Under the pieces are notes generated by a model. The model had not been told where the DNA came from. It ran no database searches and worked only from the letters and a program-made list of their open reading frames with translations. This document shows, one piece after another, positions 27,251 through 40,444 of a stretch of DNA of 64,000 bases (positions are counted from its first letter, which is position 1; each line of letters opens with the position of its first letter). Made by a program: the position numbers and the translations under genes. The stretch is from assembly GCF_009914755.1 (NCBI RefSeq), contig NC_060930.1; one strand, 5' to 3'. Source of the DNA: the human T2T-CHM13v2.0 reference genome, Homo sapiens.

Positions 27251-30200
27251 TTGAATCTGTGACTGTAGAAAAGAAAATAAAAGATAATTTATTGGCATGT
27301 TAGAAAAGGAAAAAAATAGACATGACAGTAATTGCTGAACAATGCACCCATTTCCATTCCCTATCCGTGGCCTCACTTTTGACCCCAGAGTAGAAAACTC
27401 TTAGGTAGATATTGCTTGTTGAAGAGGGCATGGAAATGGATATTCCTGGGCCATTAACAAGCTGTGTGTGAGTCCCCATCTTTTATCCTGAAGATATCTG
27501 AAGGCTTAGGTTATGTTAGCACACTCAGCCTGACAAGATACAGTAGACTTAATAGGTATTCCAAAGCTCTGAAAAGGTACAGTGTTCTTTCGTCTTTGCT
27601 GCCAGTGCAAAGTGGTTTTTCTCTAGTCCTTTTCTAGCAAAGCTCTCAAGCTCTCCTCCTATCAACAACTCAAAGGCGGGTGGGTGAGGAGTTACTTTTC
27701 ATTAGTATATTTCCACCTAAGACTGAAGCAGGGGATTTTAACAAACGTTTCTTATTTGAGGTACAGCAGCACTCAGGGAGCTTGGGACATGGCTGTTTAC
27801 TAACCATTCTGGAACTATTTCAATACTCTAGCAATTAGGCAGGCTGAAGCAAACAAGCTCGAGATCAGCTATGAAGACAAGTTTACTGAATGAGAACATT
27901 ATTCTGTCTTAATAACGTTAACCAGTAGAAAACTGGCTTTTATTGCTTAATATGCTATCTGAACACTATCTGGCATGTGTCTTTTCCAAAGGAAGAAATA
28001 CCATCTGCAGATGAAGATTTGTAATACAGAAAAATACCTGGTTCCTATTTTCTGTACCAATTTGAAGGTTAGAGATACATGAACAGAGTTCAAAGAAATA
28101 TTGACTACAGAATAGATTAGGAAAAGTCCAGTGATTTGCAAGGAAGATGAACATATGAGATCTACCTATGGGGCTTTCCCTTCTTACCTTGCCCAGAAAA
28201 TAATGATAGGTTTCTCTGTCTACCTCAGCACCCATCTGTGAACTGGTGGAAGGAGCCATGTTTATCAAACAGAGAGTGGAAGAAAGCACCAGAACTGCAA
28301 ATCCAGAATTTCAGTCTACAGAGTAAGGAAGGGACAAGGCTGGCCCTGCATCTATTCCTGTAGACCCTGCAATGCCAGGGGATATAGCACAAGGCCATTG
28401 TAAGTTCCATGAGGAACTAGGAAAGAGAAAAAAAAAAGAGAAGCATCTAAAAATATGTTAAAAGTTCACATTTCTGGTGCTGTTTTGGACATTTTTTATG
28501 GGAAAGTTCTTTGTAAGTAATACAATATCTTTGAAAGAAATTTTTGCTTTCTTGCCCTGGTTTCCATGAGATGAATAACTATATTTCCATAACCTGTGCA
28601 TAGATGTGGATGATTAACAAATACACATTGAATGGTTAAAGCCTTGCTATCCAGGATAAAATGATCCAAACATGAATGCTTACTGAGTAGTATCAGGTAA
28701 AGCTCCAAGTCAGTACAAGTCTACAGTGAAGAAAGATGTGGTAAAAATTATTCTTGTCACAAACTTACCTGTCAGCTGATGAAGTGATGTTTATATGTGT
28801 GGGCAAAAGGGGTTAGCAGGTGTCTGTAATCACTCTGTCCTCTTGCCTTTTTGTTTTCTTAATCTGTCAGTGGCAATTTGGTATGATAGGACCTTTTGAA
28901 GTCCAGGGCTGTGCCTCTCTTGTTCACCAGGGCCTGACACAGAGTAGCTGCTCAATAAATATTTGTTCAGTGAATGAGGAGCCCTTTAACAATTGGGAAC
29001 ATATACCTCTACAGAGCAGTGGACTCTGAATCCATTCTGAGATCGCTTCTGCTTCCTTGCCTCTTAAAATCCAAAAGAGTCAGAACACACAAAGAGAGCT
29101 CTCCATCAAGTAAAAATCCCCCAGTGACAACAGAGTCTAAGGTTAAATATAATTTTTCAAGTTGTCTTCTAAGATTCAGAGTTCTCAGTTTCAACTCACT
29201 ATTCCCAGAGGATGTTCAAAGACCAGGAAATAATGTGAAAAGACCGAGTCTATTTATAAATTACTTTTGGTGGTGCTCAAAACTTGAACTTCTTGTGATC
29301 TTATGAACTCTTCGACTTCCCTGTCCCATACCCTACTATCCTTCCCCCTACCTAAGTCAGAGTGTGGACTTCATGGATTCTATTGGTTACTAATCTCTGC
29401 TGAGCAACTCAGCACTTCTGGTTGTTTGTATGAAACTGGAATCTCCAGGTAAAGAGTAATTTGTCTTGTTACTTGATGCCAAACAATGAATTCACCTGAT
29501 ATAACACATTCATTGAATATCTATGCTTCTTTATACAGGCAGAACTCAAGGCAATGTATCTATTATATAAATGATATTTTTCGTTCCTTTTCTAATATCA
29601 CTATTATATATTTTTTTCCTGAATCAAAAGTGCTTTTAAAAACTGGAAAATTTGTTGGATATCTTTTTTATTTCTCATTGTTTTTAAAATAATTAGATCT
29701 TATTCAGGGCAGCCAAATTCTTAAAATGGTAGTTCACACAAACTGTAAGCTTTGTAAGGCCCGTATTTTATTGGTTTACTGTAATATTCAGTACCTAATA
29801 CCATGCTATGGCCATAGTAAGTACTCAATAGCTATTTGCTGAATTAACAAATAAATGTCCTTTGTGACGTTTTTCATTTCCTCCATTACTTCTTAGCTAC
29901 AGGCACAGAGCAATAAATTGGTTAGAAATAACCCTTAAGGTTTTTAAATCATAAGCAAAGCAGAGATTAATTCTAGAAATATCAGATGAGGACTTTTCCA
30001 GCAGAGGTCATAGTGAGAAGTGTGTGTGTGTGCGCTTGTGTGTATTTGCCCTGAGCCGAAGAAAAGTTTAGGGCTATGCTAGACTGTAGCAGTTGCCATT
30101 GAAAAAGCTGTGGAAGCACGCTCACTACAGTTGGTTATTTCGTAGTTTTGTTCCAGTTGTACATAAAAAGTGTATTTATGATAGAAAAAAATACAATTCT

Positions 30201-30416
30201 TCCTTCTATTGATTTTTGAAGGGTAGAACAATTTAAAAGTTGCTGCATTTGACAGCAATGCCAGAAATATAAATTTTATAAATAATTCAGTGAAAGGCTG
30301 GAGGTCTTATCTCATGTAATAAGGTCTCTGGTCTATGATCAATCACCTACTTGGGACAATATGCTCCTAGTTTTTTCTTATTTTCTCATTCTCCTGAAAG
30401 CTTGCTACTTGGCACC

Positions 30417-30523
30417 CTTGAGCCCAGGATTTTGAGGCTGCTGTAAGCTGTGATTGCACCCCTGCACTCCAGCCTGGATGACAGAGTGAGACTCTGTCTT
30501 TAAAACAAATAAATACATAAATA
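30417..30523 (+). mobile_element. 5'-truncated AluJ/monomer 3' fragment
   Basis: 'cttgagcccagga...ctgcactccagcctggatgacagagtgagactctgtc' followed by an (AAAT)-like tail. Confidence 0.85.
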
Positions 30524-30909
30524 CAGTTTGATCTACATCCCTTTCCTTTTGGACTGTGTTTCTTGTCAGATTGTTGTTATATAAGTAAAATCAAGAAGTT
30601 ATAGTTGGAGACAGCTGTGGCTCAGTAGAAACTCTTTGGGGCTAAAAGTAAGGAAATCCAGGTTTAGTCTGAGTCTTTCACGTGAGCAAGAAAGAAGACT
30701 TACATTTAAGTGTGTGAAATTAACTTTTAACTATAAAATACTACAGAGATATTCATTAGCATCATCGTTACACAATGGCCCAATACGTAAGATGCAACTA
30801 TAAACTGATGAGAATAATTATTCATGTCACTTATAGAATTTTTTTTTTTTTGGAAATTTCTCATGTAATGTCTCTTAAGTGATATGTGTACATTAACAAG
30901 ACTGTGAGT

Positions 30910-31080
30910 AGTGGAAAGAATTAGAATCAGAAGACCTGGTTTCTAATGCTGGCAATACTGTTTGCTAGTTTTATGATACAGACAAACGCTTCTTCTCTCT
31001 AAAGTTAATAGATTCATTTATGTAATTAAGACAAAAATAATAGAGCATTGCTGAAATACTGAGTGACGGTTAAAAAGCAT
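30910..31080 (+). mobile_element. MIR (additional MIR fragments at ~31340-31510 minus and ~31680-31790)
   Basis: 'ttagaatcagaagacctggtttctaat'; 'ttttacaagtgagggaatgaag'. Confidence 0.6.
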
Positions 31081-31913
31081 TCTATTACTAATGAAGAATT
31101 AAAAGGATGAATCATAATAAAATGCCAGGTACTGGTACAGATGGTGAGGAGCCGAGTCTCAAAACCTCACCCCCTGACTCCAGACACCCTATACCCAGCA
31201 AGCAGCTACTGTCAGTTCCACCCTGGAACCTAGTGTTAGTCATGCATGCGTAATGGCTGTATAAATATACTTGTATGACCACAAAAGGAACCATGTTTTA
31301 TGTGCATGCGCATTATATGCCACTCAGTTAGAATTCTGTGAACTGTTTCATTTAATTCTCACTACAAACTTCAAAAATAGATACTATTTCCCCACCTTTT
31401 ACAAGTGAGGGAATGAAGACCAAAAGAAGTAAAATCCATTGATTAAAGTTACACAGTTTCTAGGCAGCAAAGAAAGAGTTGAATCCCAGACTTATTGAGT
31501 TTAAAGTCTATGATGTCACCTAGTATACTCAGGCCCTAAGCACCTAAGAGTGTCTACAGAGATCTGGACATCTGTTCTGGGTATAATACTTGCATTGTCT
31601 AATATTTTAAGGCCATGTATTTATTTACTGCATAGATTTCCTCTTTATTTTATTTGTATTTTTCATGAGTCATTACTCTGCACAAATGACTTTGGGCAAA
31701 TCATGTGAAAAAAATTGGGCTCCATGAGATCATCTATAAAATGGCTGGGTTATGTTTTCTCCAGCTTTTGTAGTTCTGTAATTCTGTTAAGGGAGTTTGA
31801 TAAGCACACTTTCTCAATGTCTTCACTCTTTTTCTTGGCTTCCTTTAACAGCATAATACTATAGGATCAAAAAGAAAAAAGTAAAACATGACCTCCTAAT
31901 AATGCATGGCCCT

Positions 31914-31953
31914 TGTATTAGTCAGGTTTTTCCAGAAAAACAGAATCAATATG

Positions 31954-31997
<44 letters not shown>

Positions 31998-32381
31998 TAG
32001 ATAGATACAGACAGACAGATAGATACATAGACAGTATAAGAAATTGACTCATGTAATTATAGAGGATAGAAGTCCCAATATCTGCAGTCTGCAGGTTCAA
32101 GACTAAGAAGAGCCAGTATTTCAGTCCAAACCCAAATGGCAGAAAAAAAAAAAAAAACAGTGTCCCAGGTCAGCGGTCAGAAGGAGGAATTCAGCCTTTT
32201 TGTTCTATTCAGGTTTGCAATTGCTTAGATGAAGCCCGCCTATGTAAGAGAGCAAAATATGCTTTACTCAGTCTATGAATTCAAATGCTAATCTCATCCA
32301 CAAACACCCATAATAGTGTTTGACCAAATGTCTGAAGATCTCTCGGCCCAGTCAAATTAACATATAAAGTTAACCATCACA
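31914..32381 (-). mobile_element. MLT2 (ERVL) solo LTR
   Basis: Termini 'tgtattagtcagg...ccagaaaaacagaa' and 'cccagtcaa...taaagttaaccatcaca'. Confidence 0.88.
31954..32034. repeat. Compound tetranucleotide STR (AGAT)11 T (AGAT)2 followed by mixed AGAC/AGAT
   Basis: Read directly; lies at the position in MLT2 where microsatellites commonly expand. Confidence 0.95.
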
Positions 32382-33399
32382 CCCCCAGAAGATTGTGCTT
32401 CATTGCTCAGAAAAGCTTTTCTTGGCCATGCGGTGAAGGCATGGGGAAAAAGAGTGATAATATGGGCTTGGACTTCCTGAACATCGTCAGTCAGGTCTCT
32501 CTAATCTCTTTCCAGAGAGCCAGAATAAGACCTGTAAGTGAGTTAACATTGAAGATGATTTATAATACCTCCTCTGTATATAATTAAAAATAGACAAAAT
32601 TAAACATAAAATAGGTACAAAGTAATTGAAATAAATCTTCTCATGAATATTTTAATACTTCAAATTTGAAGGTACCCCCTTTTTCCTGATGTTCTCAATA
32701 TGCTTGCCAACACTGTCCTATTCCCACAGGATGAACATCCAAACTCCATCCAAGTCATAGGTGATTCCAGAGAGAAATCTTCTATGAAATTCTTCCATCT
32801 GTCATATTTTGAATTTTGCATTTTTACCTTTTATACTGAAAATTATTCCTGTTATTTCATTTACCAAATAGTGTATTCTTTATTTATGGTTATAAGTGGA
32901 TATCATAGATACACTTATAACAAGTTACTAACAACATTAAAACCCATAAATTAATCTCATTCAGTGGTAAACACATAATGTTGCATTCTAGTTTTCCAAA
33001 AGAGATAAAAGAAATGGTTAATAAAATTGAGATACTCATGGATGTCTCTAATACCAGCTGACTTGGAAAGGTAAACATCTCAGTCACAACTGAAACTTAG
33101 CATGTGAGTTAGAGGAATGTAATATTAAATTCCTCTCTTAAACCCTTCAGATCATTATCCCCATTTCACTTTTAGGTAAAGTAACATCAGTGATGTTTTT
33201 CATTTGATTATTTCTTTGATTACATTCATAAATAGAATGGCAATGGATATGTCCAGTGTGGAAGCATTTGAATAAATAGTTGCTGAAATTGCTTCATAGG
33301 AAAATAGATCTAGTATCATTCCATGCTGAAAATATTGTTATATGTCCTATACAGAGTCTCGGAGTAATAAGTATCATTTAGTCTTGTGGTGATATATTT

Positions 33400-33530
33400 G
33401 CTCATTTATTCTTTAACTGTGTTCAACAAATACTTATTGAGTGACCACTGTGTGCTAAGCCTCTAGGCTCTGGGGCTACATCAGTGAACAAAACATACAA
33501 AACCTCTGCCCTCAGGAGCTTATAATCTGG
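33400..33530 (-). mobile_element. L2 3' end (more L2 at ~33900-34340)
   Basis: 'ttcaacaaatacttattgagtgaccactgtgtgc...ctgccctcaggagctta'. Confidence 0.75.
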
Positions 33531-35460
33531 TATAACTTCCATGGTACTTTGCATTTATATATACATATCTCCAGGTGCCCTCAGTCCAGGGAGAAGGCAC
33601 TACTGGTTTGTTCTCTAGGACTTTATCTTATTAAACAGATGAGGTTAAAAACACTCTACCACTCAAAATGAAACAATGGGTATCTCCCAATACATGGTAA
33701 GATGCCATGGGCATCGCAAGATTTAATAATATTTAATAATTTAATAATAAATTGTTACTATTAGAATAGAATATGAAAGGGGGAAAGATAATACCAAGAT
33801 GTGAAGAATAAATTTTTCAAGCAAAGAGAGTGGCTGGGAATGAGAGAGGAATTGATACAATAAAATGGGTACCAAAAAAACACAAAAGGAATAATGAATA
33901 AGACCTGCTATTTGATTAAAAAAAAAAAAAAGAAAAGAAAAAAAGAGATTCAATGAGGCTTGGAAAAAGTCTGTCACCTAGATTTGATGAAGGGCATCGG
34001 CTGACTAGTAGAGATACATAAGGGGAATAGTTTTAATGAAACACGATGAGTCAGAACTGTGATTTCAGTCATGTCATTCTGCCTTACTTAAAGGGAAGAA
34101 GGTCTAGAATCAGAGTTGCTGATAGAGAGTATGTTTCAGCAATTCAGGCCAGAGATCATTAAGAATGTGTATAGATGGAAAGGAATAAATAACTATTACA
34201 GATATTGTTGAATTAGAATTATGTGTGGGAGAGTGGGAGGTGTATGAGGCATCAAAGATGACCAAAAACTTGCTTCTGATGCATCAAAGATAGTGGCATT
34301 TCCCACAGTGATGGAAAGGTTACATTTAAAAGATGAATTCTATTTGTTTAAATTTATTTTTAACTTTAATACAGGCATTATTTAGTCTTTCTTATGGAGA
34401 AGTATTAATTATCATCAGAACATTAGAACTTTATGATTTTTGTAAGTTGTGGTGAAAATACAAAAAGGCATTAGAGAATGATTTTACTTTTTTATCTGGA
34501 AAAGGAACAGTTAACTGTTTTATTAACAGTAGTGGTTGATACTTCCATAGATCTGATAAAATAAATATGGGCCTTTGATTTTTATTCATATCTCTGATAT
34601 AATTATTTAATATATCCCTAAATATAACTCTAAATACACATAATAAAGAAAATTATAATGATGGTTTTAACATTTATAGTGTAGTGTTCCTGCTTTGAAA
34701 TTTTGCTCAAAGAAATTAACAGTTTGTATAAATTGCATTGTAATTTAAATAATATAAATAAATGTAATTATAATTTTTCAGTAATTTCTGATAATTATTT
34801 ACTTTTTTCTAGAACACATTATGGTAGAATTCAATTCAAACATATTCAGTGCTTACCAATAATGATGACGTCTAAGAACAACGATAATATAATTACTCCA
34901 AATAATAGCTAACAATTGTGTACATTCACTGTGTACCTACCATTGGGCTGTTTTACCTCATTTAATAATAGATGATTGTCCCTGCTTTATTGATTGAGAT
35001 ACTGTGTCACAGAGAGTTTTTTTTTTTTAATTATAACCAGGTTTGCATTAAGCCAGATTTTGAACCCAACAATTTCAACCAATATGTTATGCAATACTAG
35101 AGTGGGCGTTGAAATGTGGAAAAAAAAGAATTTAAAAAAAAACTGTTTAAATTGTATACATTTGAAATTGTTTTCTCATGGAAATTTGTCCTTATCCATA
35201 TAACAAGCATGTCAGGTAGTCAGGTGTTATTATCTCCGTTTCAAACCAGAAAACCTGGCTCAGGAAGATTAACGAATTGTGAAAGTCAAAACTGTTTTTC
35301 AGTGGTCAAGAGGGAATTTTAATGCTCTTTATATTTTGATTTTAAAATTAGATTAGCTTCATTGGAAGAAGAATGGCCTGAAGTGGACCTAAAGCCAGGT
35401 TCTCAGAGTTTATGGTGCTTAAAAATTCCTAGGGAATTTATTTAAAATGAAGATACCCGG

Positions 35461-35779
<319 letters not shown>

Positions 35780-36402
35780 TCAAATCTCATTTGCCTTTTG
35801 ACAAAATACCACTTCACAGGTAGAATTTAAGTGGGCTGAGACGATGGCAGGATTCCATTTGACTGAAGGCACAAAAGTGGAAATCCTAAGGTAGGTTGAA
35901 GAAATCAGACAAATTGATGGAACAGAGGTTTTGCAGAGGTGAGAATGAAAGGTATGATGGAAAATAGGCTAGAATTAGTCTATGGAGATCCAAATTGCAA
36001 GCTCATACTCACATCTAATATGTTTATAGTTCACTCATAGGCTTGAGAAGGCCTGAAAAAGTTTTGAACATGTTAAGTGTATTATGATGATTAAAACTAC
36101 AGGTGGTATGAAGAACGGCTTATAGAGGCAATTTAAAATTGTGCAGTTTTAAGAGAAATGTTATCAACCTAAGGTGAGTACGGTGTTACAATTGGTAATG
36201 AATGGAATGGAAAAGACATAATCAAGCCTACTAGTTGATTAGTCAGAAATTAAGTACAAAAAATAGTAGAAAAACAAATGCAATGAGCTTTTTAAGTTTG
36301 AGACTAAGTATATAGTCCAGAGGGGGAAGATATTTGAAAATTATCCCCATCCTGTTTCAAATTTCTGAAAAATGTCAACAGCAATTATTTCTTTTGCCTT
36401 GA

Positions 36403-36768
<366 letters not shown>

Positions 36769-37611
36769 TAGCAGATCTCTACTTTGGGATGGGTTTGGTT
36801 CACCTAGTAGTTTTGGAATTTCTAATAATTGAGGGTCAATTATTTGGATTCTTGGTTCTTCTTCACTAGATTATCTTCCTCTGTGGCCAAGGGGCCCCAC
36901 AACATCTACAGGCTACATTAAGAAATAAGAGTTTGTAGGGTTAGAGAAACCTCTAACACTCATAGAGCCTTTTTGTGAAATTCAAGTTTCCATGGGTGAA
37001 AACTCCCATGTGGCCTACAGATGACAGGTGTTCAGGGGGTAGCATAAGGGTTTGAGTTGGGTGGCGGTGAGTCAGGCAGGCAGAACATTCCAGAAACACA
37101 CTGCAAATTTTGGCAAGTTGTGTCTCTCATAGTATCTGTCTGCTTAAGTGCCACCAACAAACACAGATTCCTTAGCGAAGCAGAGGATAGAATTAAAAGA
37201 AGAACAGCCGGCTTTGGCCAAGTATTAGGTACAATTAATGGTTTCCGCTTTATAAAAATTGTTCCTGACAAATGCTGGTAGACAAGGGATCATTAGGGAG
37301 ACAAACAGCATCCTGGGGCCACAGTAATACAAAAATTGCTGGTGACGATCAGTGAATTCATTTATTTATGCTTTTACTATTTCTATGAATGAATGATAAA
37401 CATTTAGAGAAAAGAAAAACAAGGATGTTTTTACAGGAGCTTTAGGAAGAAGAATGCTTCCTCCTATTTGATAAAAATAAATTAGAGACTATGTGAGATA
37501 AATTGGACTTCACCAGAGCCATTATATTTTTCTTCCTAATTGACTGCACTGAGGCAAGCAGAACATTCGCAACTTAATTATGCATACTTCTGAGGGTGCC
37601 ATCAGACAGGT

Positions 37612-37786
37612 CAGTGGTTCTCAAATCTGCCACACATTAGAATCTCCTGCGGATCTTTAAAAATGCCTGGGCCACACCCCAAGAGAACCTAATTTAATTA
37701 GTCTGAGCTAGATTTAGGCTATGGATTTTTTTTTAAACTTAAGTTGCCAATTGATTTTAGTACGCAGCCAGAGTTGAAAACCACTG
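37612..37786. mobile_element. MER5-family MITE
   Basis: TIRs cagtggttctcaa ... ttgaaaaccactg. Confidence 0.85.
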
Positions 37787-38817
37787 AGAGAGATAAGTGT
37801 CAGCACTTCAGTGCTCACTGGCAGAAAACCACGTTTTTCATAGAACCAGTGACTCCTCCAAATATAGAGCAAAATGCACAGTAAGAGTGGAAAAATTGGG
37901 AAAAGGAACTGGATTCTATCTATATATTTTTTTAATTTGTAAGGTTCTGTTACTTGGCTTGATATAGTCACAAGCAAAGAGAAATACTTGGCATGCTGTG
38001 AATTTGGCCTAGGCAGCAGTACTCAATATCCTGGCAGGAGAGAAAACTCCCTAATTTGAGTGTCTGCTGTACACCAAGTTTCCATTATATCAATATTCCT
38101 ATTTCTTTCTTTTTTCTCTTCAAAAAAGAAGATTCTAAAATGCCTGTAAACATTTTTAAATTATTTTTATTTTAATATATAGTATAGCACTTTCACACTT
38201 CAAACAGAAGTATGAAAATGTGCATGAAACAAAGCAAATTCTTGTGTAAACACTGTGCAGGTCAAGAAATGGAAGACAGGTGGCATCCCAGAACCCTTCC
38301 ATGCTCACTCTCCTAATCAGTACACTATTATCCTGATTTTTATGGTCACACCTATTTTTCTTTATTAATATTTCCATATAAATTAAAGAAGCATTGCTAA
38401 ATGTTAGAGTTTTGCTCAAATTTTCCTTTTAAAAATTATGTAAATGGAATCTTACAGTATGTACCCTTTTATGTCTGGCTTCTTTCAAATGTCATTATGC
38501 TTGTTTGACACAATGCATTGGTCTGTTATTTTTGTTGCTGTAAAATCTTACATTTTTAAAAATATTACAAAATATGTATCCCTTTTGCTGTCAGTATATA
38601 TGAGATAGTGCTTTTATTTATTATTACCAAAAAGAGTACCAATAAATTATGTACCTGTCTCTCAGTACACATTTCTGAGGAGTATATAATCTTAGAGTGA
38701 AATTGCTGGGAAGGTATGGGTACTTCTAATTTAGACGATAATGACATTTTCCCCCCAATTTTTTGTGCTAATGTATACTCCTACAAGCAATATTTGAGCA
38801 TTCCTGCTGCTCTACAT

Positions 38818-39041
38818 CAGGAGTCTGCAAACTATGGCTCGCCATCCAAATCCAGCCTGCCACTGATATTTAAAAGTAAGATTGTTTTGGAACACAGCTG
38901 TGTCCCTTCATTTACCCATTGTCTCTAGATGCTTTTGGGGGACAGCAGCAGAGTTGAATACTTGTGACAGAGACCATATAGCCTTCAATACCTGAAATAC
39001 TTACTCCTTGACACTTCACGGAAAAAGTTTACCAACCTCTG
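38818..39041. mobile_element. MER58A
   Basis: 'caggagtctgcaaactatggc...gacagagaccatata...aaaaagtttaccaacctctg'; 8-bp TSD ctctacat/ctctacag. Confidence 0.88.
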
Positions 39042-39509
39042 CTCTACAGCGTAGCTCACTCTTGGTGTGGTCAGGCTTTTTCCATGTTGCCATTTCTGCT
39101 GCATATGTTGTGTAATTTCCTTGTGGATTGTTTGCATTTTCCTGATTACTCGTGATGCATAACACCTTTTTTGTATATTTTTTGGCCATTTGGATATCTT
39201 CATTTCATGAAACCTCTTGATCATTTTTCTATTGGGTTTTTGTCATTTTTGTATTCAGTGCTTTATAAAATCTGGTTTTGAACTCCCTGCTGGGTATACA
39301 ACTATTATTTACTCCCACTTTGTGGCTTACCTTTTTATTCTCCTAATGATGTCTTTTGATAAATGGAACTTCTATTTTTTGATGTAGTCAAATTTAAGAT
39401 TTTATTTTTGGATATAGCATTTTGTGTCCTGTTTAAGTAATCATTCTTTATCCTAAATAATAAATACTCTCCTGTACTCCCAAATAATAAATACTATCTT
39501 ACAAATCTT

Positions 39510-39693
39510 TCCAGGGGACATTTGTTAATGTCTGTGGACATGTTTGGTTGCCACAGCTGAGGTTGTGCTACTAACATTTCGTGTGTAGAGACCAGGGATT
39601 CTGCTAAATGTCCTACAATGAACAGGACAGCCCCCACCCCACCAAGACTTACCTGACCACAAATGTCAGTAGCACTGCTGTTGAGAAACCTGG
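39510..39693. mobile_element. MER20 (partial)
   Basis: 'ccaggggacattt...ctgctaaatgtcctacaatgaacaggacagcccc...gttgagaaacctg'. Confidence 0.85.
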
Positions 39694-40040
39694 ACCTAAA
39701 AGATTTATTGACTTACCTTTCACATTATGATGTGTAATCTAATAGAAGTCGATAAATCTATAGTAAGTTGGTTTTATGAGTGGCGTGAAGTAGGATTCAA
39801 GTTTCACTTTTTTCTGTATGCATATTTGACTGCCTCAGTACCATGTCCTGAAACAACCATCCTTTCCCGTTACATCTGTGTTGTGATAAGTCAAGTGTTC
39901 CTATATACAAAGTTCTCTGGGCTTTCCATACGATTTAACTGTTCTATTTGTCTATCCTCATGCCAAACACTTTCTTTTAAATATTACAGCTTTATATAAG
40001 GTCTTGATATAAATAGAGCATTTAGTCTCAACATATTCTT

Positions 40041-40444
40041 ACTGGATAAAGAAAATGTGGTACATGTGCACCATGTGGCTGTGCAGCCACACACACACAA
40101 AACAAACAATGTCATGTCCTTTGCAGCAACATGGATGAAGCTGGAGGTCATGATCCTAAGCAAACTAACGCCGGAACAGAAAAGCACATACTGCATGTTC
40201 TCACTTATAAGTGGGAGCTAAATATTGAGTACCTATAGACACAAAGAAGGGAGTAACAGACACTGGGCCATACTTGAGGGTGGTGGATACAAGGAAGGTA
40301 AAGGTGGAAAAACTACCTATCGGGCACCATGCTTATTACCTGGGGCACAAAATAATCTGTACACCAAATCCTTGTGACATGCAATTTACCTATATAACAA
40401 ACCTGCACCTATACCCACGAACCTAAAATAAAAGTTAAAAAAAA
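40041..40444 (+). mobile_element. 5'-truncated L1PA15/16-like 3' end
   Basis: 'actggataaagaaaatgtggtacat...aaaaactacctatcggg...aataatctgtacaccaaa...aacctaaaataaaagttaaaa'. Confidence 0.88.
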
